NCBI GenBank assembly: GCA_043228905.1
Contig: JBHGNT010000006.1
Coordinates: 18,104,001-18,168,000, forward strand
Direction of reading: 5' to 3'
DNA: 64,000 bases
DNA from: Azolla caroliniana
Taxonomy: Eukaryota > Plantae > Polypodiophyta
The notes beneath the pieces are model-generated. The model had not been told where the DNA came from, searched no databases, and was given only the letters and a program-made list of their open reading frames with translations. Made by a program: the position numbers and the translations under genes. Positions 51,521-64,000 of this stretch are shown here, one piece after another (positions within the stretch are counted from its first letter, which is position 1; each line of letters opens with the position of its first letter).

Positions 51521-52270
51521 TATAAATATGATTTAGGGCAATCCCTTTATGTATGTCGAAGGTTGTTATCATTATCCTTGTACAGAGGGAAAGAGAGAGC
51601 AAGAGAGACACAAAAAAATTTCAATTGTAACCGCCGATTGGCAAAGACATAGAGCTCGAGGTCGTTGCCTCTGAGTCTTGCCTTATATCCTCTTTCTCTC
51701 ATAGTGATAGTTGGAGTCTGTGGGCTCTCGTGGATTTTCCCGATTAGGGTTTTCAACGTTAACATATGTTGTCGTCTCATTCTGTGTAAGTGCATCAATC
51801 TTCATTTATACTTTGTTTCCTTCCATTGAGTGTTTCAGACTCGGTTGTAGCTGAGCACCATTCCTCTCACAACGTTGATAGCTCCATCAACCGGTACAAG
51901 GCCCGATTGGTGGCCAAAGGCTATGCATAGCAACACCGCATCGACTACAACAAGACATTTGTCTTGGTGTTGTTGGCGGTAGAGGCCGCAAAGGGATGAC
52001 ACCTACACCAGATGGACGTGAAGAACACATTCCTACAAGGAGAGCTTGAGGAACAAGTGTATATGGTGCAATCTCCCAAATTTCAGTTCCAATTGAACAC
52101 ATCAATTGTCTGTCGACTGGAGAAGTTCCTCTACAAACTAAAGTAAGCCCCACGTGCTTCGAATGCGAAGATCACGTAGTGACTGCGTTCGAAGGGGTTT
52201 GCTGCGTTGAAATCAGACTCTTCACTATTCATCCGGCTGGGTCGGAATGGGCCGGTAAGCATTTTGCTTT
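51521..52270 (+). mobile_element. Partial Tork-like LTR (51521-51869) followed by a Copia RT fragment
   Basis: Homologous to the solo LTR 21795-22308; YKARLVAKG and LHQMDVKN remnants. Confidence 0.7.
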
Positions 52271-53864
52271 ATATTATATATATAAAGCAATATATATATA
52301 TATATATTATAAAATCTATAATATATATATATTTTTTATATTTTATAATATAATTTTTGCTCTGACTCTTCTACTATATTTCTGGAAGCAATGGGACGAC
52401 CATCAATAATTACTACACATGCAAGAAAGTTTTCTTAGGGATATCTAATGAGCTTGGGCAAAATTCCTATCCATGAAGCAAGAATTGGCTCCGGAATCTA
52501 AGAGAGCTAAGACATGTACTAGAGGAGTACGTTTAGTACTAACCATTACTTGAGCTAAGAACACATTGCTAACTAGCTTAGAGGGAATGGAACCACTAAT
52601 GGGTTGCATAGATCTAGGGTTGTCCAACCAAACGACTCCTATTTTGGATGGACTTAGTGGTTTAACTCTTCTTCTAATTGACTAAGGACTTCAAATTTGT
52701 TCGATAGATTTGGAATATTAGTACTATTAGAACTATCAGAAATTTCTAATGAAATAGACTCGGGTTTAGTACAAGCTACTACTTGATTTATGTGTCTTCT
52801 TGGCCTATGTGGACAGTTTATTGTGATATGCCTTGGCCCTCCGCAATAGAGACATAATCGATTTGCTTAGCATTGTTGCTTTTCTTCTTCCGACAATGGA
52901 CCACGACGATGTGTGGTGTCAATTTCCATCGGTGTTGGAGTATGTGGGCTCCGACCTGGTCCTTGGCATTTGTAATTGGCAGTTCGAACGTCGCTCGAAA
53001 AACCGGTTATAGCATCTAACCGCTCGACTGATTGCCTCTATGAACGATTTTGGTTCTTCAGGGAAAGTCATGAGTAAGTCTTTGACATCATTTCGTAGGC
53101 CGTATCAAAATTGTTAAATTAATGCTTGATCATCCCAGGGGATATAGAAGGCGTACACGGAAAACTACAATGTATGCGGAGGCTAGATGATCACCTTGAC
53201 GTAATTGTCAAATTTTGTTGATTGCCAACTTATGCTATCAGTATCTCCAAAAAAAGCTTTAAAATCTCTTATAAACTCCTTAAAATTATTTAGTAATGGA
53301 GATTTCTTTTCTAACAATGGAGTGAACCATGCCAAAGCTGAGCCACTTAACAACGTGCCTACTAGACTCACTTGTGATGCATCTGTGGGATATCGGGAAG
53401 GATGCATTTGAATGACTAATCGTACCTGATTAAGGAATCCTCTGAACTGTGATTGCGTTCCATTGAATTTCATTGGAAGGCCAATCTTGGGTTCCATGTT
53501 GTTGCAGCGCTACAATGGTTGCGTCATGTTGTTGCATGCGTAACACTAGTTCCCCATGTTGTTGTTGCGTTTGCTGCTTTTCTAAGGATATTTGTTGAAG
53601 ATCCACCAACAACTGTTGATTTTCTTGTTCCAATGCGAGAAACTTCTCTTTCAAGCATTGCAACTCTGAGAAAATGGATTGATATTCTTGAGCGCTAACA
53701 GTTGCCATAGTATTAGAGAAATGAGGGATAAGTAAGAAGATAGAAAGAAGGACAAAATCGGTTCAAACTGTCAAGAATAGTACTAAGACAGAGAGGGAAT
53801 TAGTACTAAAAGGTGAGGATTAGAACTAAGAGGGGTGTAGAACTCTCGAGAGGAGAGAGAGAGA

Positions 53865-56800
53865 TGACATGAACTATGCGGAATAATCTTTGGCCCCCAT
53901 GGAGACTTCAATCACTTTGTTAGAATCACAACCATAGAAGAAATGGGCAAAGAAGGTAAATGCACATATACACAAACAATATGAGAGAGAGAAAGTACAC
54001 AGTATGTTAACGTGGAAAACCCTGAGAGGGAAAAACCACGGGAGCCCACAGACTCAAAACTATCACTATGTCAAGGAATACAAGAGGGAGCACAAAGGCA
54101 ACAACCTCTTGCTCTCAACCTTCGCCTGGCGGCGGTTACAACAGAGACACACTCTGTATCGCTCACTCTCTGTTACACTCTGTACAACAGTTACACCAAT
54201 AACTCTATACAACAAAAAAATTACAACACTCACAATAGTGTTTGCCCTAGGTCATATTTATACTAATATGGCTTTCTGGCTATTTACAAATATAGCCACA
54301 ATGGGCTAACATAAACATATTTACATCTATGTCCCTTCATCCGGTGAGAGGTTCTCACTGGGCCTGCATCATCTGGTTCTCACCAGGTCTTCCATGTTGG
54401 GTACTCATCATCCGGTTCTCACCAGGTCTTCCATGCTGGGTACTCATCATCCGATTCTCACCAGGTCTTCCTTGCTGGGTACTCATCATCTAGTTCTTAC
54501 CGGGTCTGTGTTGCCGGGTACTTATATCCCATCCGGAGGGACCAAAATCCTAAAAACCTCCCCCTTCACTCCGGCATGGGATGCCTCATCAATCCGATCC
54601 ACGTCTGACATGCGTCCAGCTTGTCGGGTGTCAGGACTTTGGTCAACATGTCCGACCCGTTCTTCTCCGTGTGGATATTCGTCAACACGAACTCTCGATC
54701 TTCAACTTGCTCCCGGATTCAGTGGTACATACGCTGGATGTGCTTCGTCCTGGAATGATACGTCGCATTCTTCGCAAGGTGGATGGCACTTTGACTGTCG
54801 CAATAGAGCCGGTATTCCTCTTGCCGGATCCCTAGGTCTCCGATGAAGTCCTTCATCCATATTATTTCCTTGCCAGCTTCTACAGTTGCCATGTACTCCG
54901 CTTCCGTGGTTGACAGCGCAATTGTCTTCTGCAGCCTCGACTGCCATGAAACACCTCCCCCCGCGTATGTCATGACATATCAGGATGTGGACCGGCTGGT
55001 ATCCGCATCAGCCAAAATATCCGAATCGGTGAAACCGTCGAGTTGGGGTTTATAGGAGCCGAATCAGAGGCACATACTCGAGGTGCCTTTCAAGTACCGG
55101 AGTATCCACTTTACCGCATTCGAGTGCTCCTTGCCGAGATTGCTCATAAACCGGCTCACCACTCCGACTGCATATCCGATATCTGGTCGGGTACACATGA
55201 TTGCATACATTAAGCTCTCGACGGCATAGGCATATGGTATCTTCATCACATCTGCCTTCTCAGCCTTCGTCTTCAGGCTTTGCTTACTGGATAGCTTGCA
55301 ATTTGCCGGAAGTGTTGATCCGACCGGTTTCGCGTCTGACATGTTGTACCATTGAAGCACCTTTATCACGTATTTCTCCTGTGACAACCACAATTGCTTC
55401 TTTGACCGGTCCCGGATGATATGCATCCCCAGTATCTGTCTTGCCGGACCCAAGTCTTTCATTGAGAAGGTCCGGTTGAGGGCCTTCTTCAGCATCCGTA
55501 TCTTGACTTAGTCTCGTCCAACGATCAACATGTCGTCTATGTACAAGAGGAGTATCAGGAAGTCTCCTCCTTCGAACTTCTTCACAAATATGTAGTGATC
55601 GGCCTGCGTCTGGCGGTACCCTTGATCGGTCATGAAGGAGTCGAACTTCCGGTACCATTTCCGGGGAGCGTGCTTCAAACCGTAGAGGCTCTTCTTCAAC
55701 CGGCAAGCAAGGTGCTCCTTCCCTTTCTTCACAAATCCTTCCGGTTGCTGCATGTAGATCTCCTCTTCGAGGTCGCCGTGGAGGAACGTCGTCTTCACAT
55801 CTAACTGCTCTACCTCGAGGTCCATGCTTGCCGCTATGCTCAGCACCGTCCGGATGGAAGTCATCTTTACTACCGGGGAAAATATCTCCTCGAAGTCCAT
55901 GCCCTTCTTCTATTGGAACCCCTTCACCACGATCCTGGCTTTGTATCTCGGGGGGTTGCCGGCATCTCCCGGTTTCAACTTGTACACCCACTTGTTTCGG
56001 AGTGCCCTCTTTCATTTCGGCAACTCCACCAATTCATACGTGTGGTTCTCATGTAGGGAATCCATCTCGTCCTCCATGGCACTCAACCACTTGCGGCTAC
56101 GGGTATCATCCTTCTCTTCTTCGAAGTTTCCCGGCTCCCCGTTATTGGTCAGCAACACATGCTCTGCATCTGGAAATCTCCGAGGGGCTCTTCTTTCTCT
56201 GAGAGGATATCTCCGTCTTTGGCTTTTGGCAACCAACTCCTCTATTTGTTCTTCATCCGAATCTGATTCGGGGTGTTGGCCGGTTCCGGTTTCAGCTTCT
56301 TCTTCTTCTTCTTCTGCCGGTTCGGTATCCTCTCTGTAATCGGCCGATTTTCGAGTGTTAACTGGCACTTTGCCGGTTGGGTCCGAATCTCATCGAACTG
56401 ATCCTTACCGGTCGACTCGGAGTTCATTATCTTCTTCTCCGACGCCCAGTCGGCAAGGGTCTTGTCCTCCAGGAAGATAATATCTCAACTCCGAAAAACC
56501 TTCTTGTCAACCACATCCCACACTCGGTAGCCGAACTCATCATTGTCGTATCCGAGGAATATGCAAGGTTGGGACTTTGGATCCAACTTTGCTCTCCGGT
56601 CCTTTGCGACATGCATGTAAGCGAGACACCCGAACACCTTCAGATGCCAGTAAGACACTTCCTTACCGGTCCACACTCTCTGCGATGTGTCTCCATCCAA
56701 GGGAACTAAGCGTGATCTATTTATCACGTACGTCGTTGTTGCCAGCGCCTTAGCCCAAAACGTCTTGGGTAACCTTGCATGTGCCAGTATACTCCGGACC

Positions 56801-59308
56801 CTCTCCATTATGGTCTGGTTCATCCTCTCGGCCAACCCATTTAGTTCCGGCATCTTCGGCACGGTAAATTCGAGCCAGATTCCCTTCGAGTGGCAGTACT
56901 CCTCGAACTGCCCCCGGTATTCTCCTCCGTTATCTGCTCGAACCGCCTTCAGCTTCCGGCCAGTTTCTCTTTCCACTCTTGCGTGGAGCTCCTTGAAGAC
57001 GGATAACACATAATTCTTCATCTTCAAGGGTGTGGCCCACAGCTTCTAGTTGTGTTCATCTATGAACATCACTAAGTACTATGCTCCGCCATGTGACTTC
57101 GTGTCCACTTGACACACATCGGTATGCACCAACTCCAGTGGTGCATTACGTCTCATCGGTGGCCTTGATCAGAAGGAGGCCTGGTTTTGCTTACCGGCCA
57201 TGCAGTCGGTGCACCTCTCAAGATGCACGTCCTTCACCGGAATGAGGTTGTCATCGGCAAGCCTCTTCATCCCCTTCTCACTCATGTGACACAATCTTTT
57301 GTGCCACAACTCACCGGCAGTGTCAGATGCCACGTTCACGTCTTCCAGGCATAACTGTGCATTCATCAGGTATAGTGTGTTGACTTTCCGGGCCTGAGCC
57401 ACTATTAGTGTCCCTTTGCTGAACTTCATGACCCCGTTTCGGATGCTACCCGTGTAGCCTTCATCATCTAGCCGATCGGCTGATATCAGGTTCAGTCGAA
57501 CCTCCGAAACGTGTCGGACATCCTTCAGCAGCAACTTGCATCCGGTTGTTGTCATCAACAACACATCTCTTACGCCGATAATTCAGCATGTCCCCTCATT
57601 CCCCATCCGGCCACAACCGTACTCACCGGCTGTGTAGGATGAGAAGCATTTCTGATCCGGGGTAAGGTGGAACGACGCTCCGGAATTGACAACCCACGTT
57701 GTCTTGTCGTCGGCAAGATTCAACTCATTCTCCCGGGTAATGAGCATTAGTTCTTCTTCACTTGCCGCAATCACCATCGTTCCCTTCCGGTCTGGCTCTC
57801 TCCGGTCTTTGTCGTTCCGGTCTGGTGACCGCTTCAAATCGGTGCTGTCGGTTTCCTTGTCTTTCCGAAAATGTTGACAGTTCTTCTGGAAGTGCCCAGG
57901 CTTCCCACACTAGAAGCAAGTGGGCCTTCCCCTTGACTTTGACCGTGTCCCCGACTTTTCCCGGTTGTGGGGACTCCGGTTCCTTTGTCTTCCGCGTTCC
58001 AATTTAGTACGGAGCGCTTTGGAGTCGGAGCTCGTATCCTTGTCTTTCCGATGCGCCTCCTCATCTAGCAAGCTCGACTTGACTCTTGTTAGGGATAATT
58101 GTTTTCCTTCCGGCCCGGCGTTGCCCAAAGTGACAACTAACGTCTCCCAGCTATCTGGGAGGGAAACAAGCAGGAGCAATGCTAGTACCTCATCGGCGAG
58201 AGGTACCTCCAACGATGTCGTCTGTTGAATCAGCCCCTGGAAGGCATTCATGTGCTCCGCCATAGTGGAGCCATCTTGGTACCGGAGCCTCACTAGCTTT
58301 CGAAATACCGAAACCCGATTTACAACATTTTTGTTCTGAAACATAATGTCGATCTTCTCCCCCAGCTCATGAGCCTTGCACTCTTCATTGAAGTTGTTGT
58401 ACAGGCTCATGTCGATGAAGCACTGTATGTACGCCGTTGTCTTCATGTGCATCACCTCCCATATCGTGGCATCGATCTTGTCCGGTCTCTTGTCCCCCAA
58501 CGGAACCGGAAACCAAAGATCTTTGACCACGAGCATATCCCTCATCTTCAACTTCCACACTGAGTAGTTGGAGCTGGTGAGCTTGAACATGCCTCCCAAC
58601 GAATCTTCCATTTTCTGTGCAACCTGCTCTGATACCAGATTGATAGGAACTATGCGGAATAATCTTCGGCCTCCATAGAGACTTCAATCAATTCGTTAGA
58701 CTCACAACCACAGAAGACATGGGCAAAGAAGGTAAATGCACGTATACACAAACAATATGAGAGAGAGAAAGTATAATAGTGTTTGCCCTAGGTGGAAAAC
58801 CTTGAGAGGGAAAAACCACGGGAGCCCACAGACTCCAAACTATCACTGTGTCAAGGAATACAACAGGGAGCACAGAGGCAGCAACCTCTTGCTCTCAACC
58901 TTCGCCTAGCGGCGATTACAACAGAGACACACTCTGTATCGCTCACTCTCTCTCACACTCTCTATTACGCTCTATACAACAGTTACACCAATAACTCTAT
59001 ACAACAAAAAAACGACAACACTCACAATAGTGTTTGCCCTAGGTCATATTTATACTAATATGAGTTTCTAACTATCTAATAATATAGCCACAATGGGCTA
59101 ATAGAAACATATTTACATCTATGTCCCTTCATTCGGTGAGAGGTTCTCACCGGGCCTGCATCATCCGGTTCTCACCGGGTCTTCCATGTCGGGTACTCAT
59201 CATCCGGTTCTCACCGGGTCTTCCTTGCCGAGTACTTATCATCCGGTTCTCACCGGGTCTACGTTGCCAGGTACTCATATCCCATCCGGAGGGACCGGAA
59301 CCCTAACA
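53865..59308 (-). mobile_element. Complete decayed Tork-like Copia inserted in the (GA)n of the G2 5' LTR, TSD AGAGA
   Basis: LTRs 53865-54555 and 58641-59308; PBS-Met 58637-58626; PPT 54567-54556; gag from 58611; agaga at 53860-53864 and 59309-59313. Confidence 0.93.
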
Positions 59309-61155
59309 AGAGAGAGTGAGAGAGAGAACGATGATAACAAAAGATATATATTATATGAAGAGAATATACAGGAATAGCTAGGAGGTTTAAGACTGGCGTT
59401 GAACCGATTTGGTTCTCAATAATGCCATGTGCCTCTTTTTATACTGGCTTAGGAATACTCTAGAAATCTGCCTTAGGAATACTTTTGACATTTCTAGAAT
59501 GTTCCAGAAAAATCTAGAATATACATGGATTTCCTAAGTGAAATAACAAATATTCTTCATATTACAATGTATAGCCTAATGGTAAGACTTCAACCCATGT
59601 GACACAAAGTCATGGGTTCAGATCCTTTTGAAATCATACCATGCTATATCATGACAACTCCTTTCTTTTGCTGGAAGCCCTTCACTAGGATCCAGGCTTT
59701 GTATCTAAGTGGATTTCCGGCGTCTCCCAATTTCATCTTGTACACCCACTTGTTTTGGAGCGCTCTCTTTCCTTTCAGCAGCTCTGTCAATTCTGATGTG
59801 TAGTTCTCATGAAGGGAATCCATCTCATCCTGCATAGCCCTTAACCACATGCGGTTGTGGGTGTCTTTCTTTGCTTCTTCAAAGCTTTCCTGCTCCCCCT
59901 CTTCGGTCAATAGAACATGCCCTGCATCCAGAAATATCCGAGGGGGCCTTCTCTTTCTTAGAGGATATCTCCGTCCCTAGTTTTCGACCACCGGTTCCTC
60001 TGACTACTCTTCATCTGAATCCGATTCGGGGTCTTGTCCGGTTCCGATGTGTAATTCTTCTTCCTCAATCGGTTCGGTTTCTTGTCCAACACCTGCTGGT
60101 TCTTCGAGTATCATTCGGCTCCTAGCCAGATGGGTCCTTGCATCTTCTAAATAATCTTTGTCGGTTGACCCGGAGTTCGTTGTTTTCTTCTCCGACTCCC
60201 AATCGGCAATGGTATTGTCTTCCATGAAGACAATGTCTCGACTCCGAAAAACATTCCTCTCAATCAAGTCCCACACTTGGTAGCCAAACTCATCATCGCC
60301 ATATCCGAGGAGTATGCATGGTCGGGATTTCGGATCCAATTTTGCTCTCTTGTCCTTTGATATATGCATGCAGGTGAGACAGCCGAACACCTTCATATTC
60401 CGGTAAGACACGTCTTTATTGGGCCAAGGGTGGTGTTGTGGTGTGTCTTAGACAACTTAGCATGTGCCAACATGCTCCAGACTCTCTCCATCACAATCCG
60501 GCTCATCCTTTCAACCAATCCGTTTAGCTCGAGCATCTTCGGCATGATAAATTCGAGTTGGATTCCTTTGACCGACAGTACTCCTCGAACTACCCCACAT
60601 TATTCTCCTCCGTTGTCTACTCAAATTGCCTTCAACTTCTGGCTGGTTTCCCTTTCCACTCTCGCATTGAATTCCTTGAAAACAGATAATACCTGATCCT
60701 TTGTCTTCAACGGAGAGACCCAAAGCTTCGGGTTGTGGTCATCTATGAACGTCACGAAGTACTATGATCTGGCATGTGACTTTGTGTCCATTTGGCATAC
60801 ATCGGTATGCACGAGTTCCAACGGTCCATTCTGTCTCGAATGTGGTTTCGACTGGAAAGAGGTTTAGTTCTGCTTGCCAGCCAAGCAATCGGTGCACTTC
60901 TCAAGCTGCACGTCTTTCACCTCCGGAATGAGGTTATCTTTGACAAGTCTTTGCATCCCTTTCTAGCTCATGTGGCACAACCTCTTGTGCCACAGCTCAC
61001 CAGTAGTGTCAGATACCACGTTCACTTCATCCTAGCATATCCAAGCATGCATCAAGTATAGTGTGTTGACCTTCCGAGATCGTGCCATGATCAAGCTTCC
61101 TTTGCTAAACTTCATGACTCCTCTCCGGATGCTACCCATGTAGCCTTTCTCATCC

Positions 61156-62527
61156 GGATATTGTTAGTGATCAAGATTCCAAGTTTACTAGTGACTTTTG
61201 GACTCAAATCTTTAAGAAACTAGAAACTACGTTGAGCATGAGTTCCGCAGATCATCCTCAGTCTAATGGACAAACTGAATGAGTTAATCAAATTATTGAG
61301 GACATGCTTCGAGCTTATGTAACAAAAACCCCTTCTAAGTGGCAACAATACCTTCCTATCTTAGAGTTTGCCTATAATAGCTCTAAACATACATCCACTG
61401 GATATAGTCCTTTTATGTTGATGTATGGTTTTTAGCCACGTGCCCTAGTCGATGTCACGATTCATCGTGACACATTAGACAGTACACACAATTTTTTGCA
61501 AGACATGGACCAAATATTGCATATTGCCAAAGAAAATGTCAAGACAGCTCAAGATCGTGCTCGATTTTATGCTGATCAGGAGAGACGTCCTCGTGCATTT
61601 ACTATTGATCAAAAAGTTCTTTTGCGTGTCCCTACTGACTCTATGTCATTGTCTACGGGCAAGTGCACTAAGTTAGCCCCACAATATTGTGGCCCATTTG
61701 AAATCCTTAAGCAAGTTGGGTCATCTGCTTATCACCTTGCCTTACCCCGTAACGTTGGTATTCATCCTGTTTTTCACGTGAGTCGTCTAAAACCATTTTT
61801 AGGCTCTGGTGATAAAACCATCACAATCCAAGATCTTGTAACATTAGAGGATTTTTCTTACAAACCTCATGTTCCTAAATGAATTCTTGATTCTCATACT
61901 AAGCATTTACGTTCTAAAGAGATTCAACTACTGAAGATCAAATGGATGGATAAACCTATTGATGATGCCACATGGGAACGCGAGCATACTCTTAAGGCAT
62001 AAGTTCCTCACTTCATATTGCAAGAGTGCAATATTTTAAACTAGGGGAGTATGTTATGTACACATAACATTGGTGAGGGTAGGTCACTAATATTTACATT
62101 AGTGAAGGGTATGTTCTCTGATGTTAAAAAAGGGGCTAATGTGATTGAATAGAAGGAATGATAGATGCATGCACTATCATGATTTGGGCAACCAATGAAT
62201 GGAGACCATTTTAGAAAGGCGCATCTATTCAAGGGGCCTAGGGAAAGGTATAAATATGAGGCTTAGCTACCCTCATAAGCACATTACGTCGAAAGGCGGC
62301 TATCTTAGAGACCGGTGGTGTAGGCTAGGCTTTCGTCTCGACGATCATGGTTATCTCTTGCAAGGTATTAGTCATCCTAATATCCGACGGTATGGGATGT
62401 CACTGGTAGGTTGGCTATGTCTAGATCATAGCTTGCGGGGTGGTCGGGTGGAACAGGTTCTTCTATCCAATCTATTTTCCTTCTTTTACTTTACTTTGGT
62501 CTATTTATTAGTAATAGACTCTTAACA
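61156..62527 (+). mobile_element. 3' fragment of a different Gypsy chromovirus (INT, chromodomain, PPT, 3' LTR 62052-62527)
   Basis: HPQSNGQTE, GPFEILKQVG..AYHLALP..IHPVFHVSRLK, IKWMDKPIDDATWE; PPT AGGGGAGTA; TG...AACA ends. Confidence 0.8.
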
Positions 62528-62940
62528 ATTTTCCATCCGGACAAAACTGTGATCTCCGGCTCTGTAGGATGAGAAACACTTCCAGTCGGGGGTTAGGTGG
62601 AATGACGCTACGGAGTCTACCACCCATGTCGTTTCATCCCTAACAAGATGCAACTCACTCTCCTCGGTGATTAGCAGCAGTTCTTCCTCACTTGTTGTGA
62701 TCGCCATCGTTTCTCTTCTCTCTGAAATCTTCTTTGGTTTTGGATCGTCGATTTTCCCTTTTGCTTTCCGGAATGTTGGCAATTCTTTTGGATGTTCCCC
62801 TACTTTCTGCAATAAAAGCAAGTGCGCCTCCCCGTTGATTTCGACCTCGTCCCCGATTTGTCCCGGTTCTAGGGGCTACGGTTTCGGCCTCTTCCCCAAT
62901 TATGATCTTCTTCAATAACCAAGTCCTTCGGATCGGTTCC

Positions 62941-63739
62941 AGTGTCGTGCCTTTCGGCACCGGATCGTTGCATGAGTCGGGTGGGAATTGCTGGGGTTTT
63001 GGACGAGGAGGAAGAATTTGAGATGAATCTAGTAATGAATAGATTTTAAGAAAGAGATATAAAAAACTTTGTGAATCCCACGAATATAATTTATTTTATT
63101 AGATTAATCAATATTAAGATAAGAATATGAATTTATATTGAAAGAGAGAGATATAGAAACCTCGTGAATCCCACGAGTATAGTTTATTTCGTGAATCCCA
63201 AAAATATAATTTATTAATTGGTGCTTTTAGAAATATATCCAATTTCCAAAAGATTTCACACTTATTACATTGTGCTCCTCATCCTTATATATGATGAGAG
63301 AGTCTGAGCAATCCATGCTTTTTCTATAACTATAAACTCCATGCTTTTTCTATCAATAGATTATATGCGTTCTCTAACATGCTTTTTCTAAACGTGATCA
63401 TGCTTTTTCTAACCTCGCGCATTTTTATTGACTATAGTTTTTATGCACGCTAAATGTGCATGTGTAGCTTTTTTCTATCATGCGTTTTTCTTTTAACTAA
63501 AGCTTTTTCCTAGAAAATATACGTGAAATAAACTTTCTATGTGGGATATTTACTTTCTTAAAGCTCATGACGTGTTAGTGTAATGGTAAGCCTTCAAATT
63601 ATTAACATGGAGGTACAAGGTTTGAATCTTGCCCTATGCATGTAAAATATATTTTACTATTTCTTTCTTTTTCTTCATATTTATTCAATCGATTATTTTA
63701 TATGTTTTTCACATAGTGTACGAAATACACTACGACACT
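62941..63739. mobile_element. 799-bp non-autonomous element with 8-bp TIR AGTGTCGT, GAAA-loop hairpins at both ends and no TSD
   Basis: Removal restores the host gag codons RKDREFGTDPKDL, colinear with RKDKDTSSDSKVL of the 24481-30025 element; internal GTGAATCCCA and CATGCTTTTTCT repeats. Confidence 0.75.
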
Positions 63740-64000
63740 GAACTCCCGGTCTTTCCGGCGTGCTTCTTCGTTTAAAAACCTTGACTTCACTCTCACTAGG
63801 GATAAGTTCTTTCCTTCCGGTCCGGCATTGTCTAGAGTGACAACCAACGTCTCTCAGCTATTTGGAAGGGACCCGAGCAATAACAATGCCAATACCTCGT
63901 CGGCTAACGATACTTCGAGTGAGGTAATATGGTTTATCATCCCTTGGAAGGTGTTCATATGCTCTACCATGTTGGCATTGTCTTGATACCGGAGCCTCAC

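Larger units (their letters stand above)
17360..59656 (-). mobile_element. Gypsy chromovirus copy G2 spanning 42 kb (3' half 17360-20907; 5' half 52359-53864 plus 59309-59656)
   Basis: Same LTR subfamily at both ends; TSD gctcc/actcc; protease codons EESE|PIQVVL join across 52359/20907; chromodomain near 18000-18200. Confidence 0.85.
15515..64000 (-). mobile_element. Outermost Tork-like Copia host element, split by nested insertions (pieces 15515-17359, 59657-61155, 62528-62940, 63740-64000)
   Basis: Colinear gag-PR-INT-RT-RH-PPT-3'LTR pieces; the RT motif KKGV|DFDEIF is split exactly at 59657/17359 with TSD GGAGT/GGAGC. Confidence 0.75.

Noticed and set aside
62940-63740. hAT MITE (CAGTG ends) or Helitron
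   Set aside because: No 8-bp TSD and no A|T target or TC start; the host frame is restored only when the outer C and G are assigned to the host

Overview
Gene-free eukaryotic heterochromatin-like region, most likely from a non-seed land plant such as a fern, lycophyte or moss (inferred from the element lineages). It is almost entirely a stack of nested transposons, about 6 levels deep. Contents: (i) a Ty3/Gypsy chromovirus family of Tcn1/Tf1-sushi type in 3 copies, one of them (1-4510) with intact gag and an uninterrupted pol that runs off the window; (ii) many Tto1/Tork-like Ty1/Copia elements, two of them complete with TSDs (24481-30025 and 53865-59308); (iii) a second Copia family with a double PPT and an in-frame extension after pol (33650-39583, 11550-14742); (iv) a 7.2-kb DNA transposon (41810-49028; 32-bp TIRs, 4-bp TSD AGTA) with a decayed Sola1/DUF7869-like DDD transposase and, head-to-head, a spliced second gene with a ParB/Srx-like domain and palindromic repeats in its first intron, which is the best candidate for an undescribed system; (v) a 799-bp TIR-plus-hairpin element inserted with no TSD (62941-63739). 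The Gypsy family also shows self-priming (a non-tRNA PBS covarying with the predicted transcript 5' end), a -1 frameshift signal (GUUAAAC plus stem-loop) and an outward-facing tRNA-like A/B-box module at the LTR tip. No host genes, rRNA, functional tRNA or CRISPR array are supported. All family and domain assignments come from motif recognition by eye, not from database searches.
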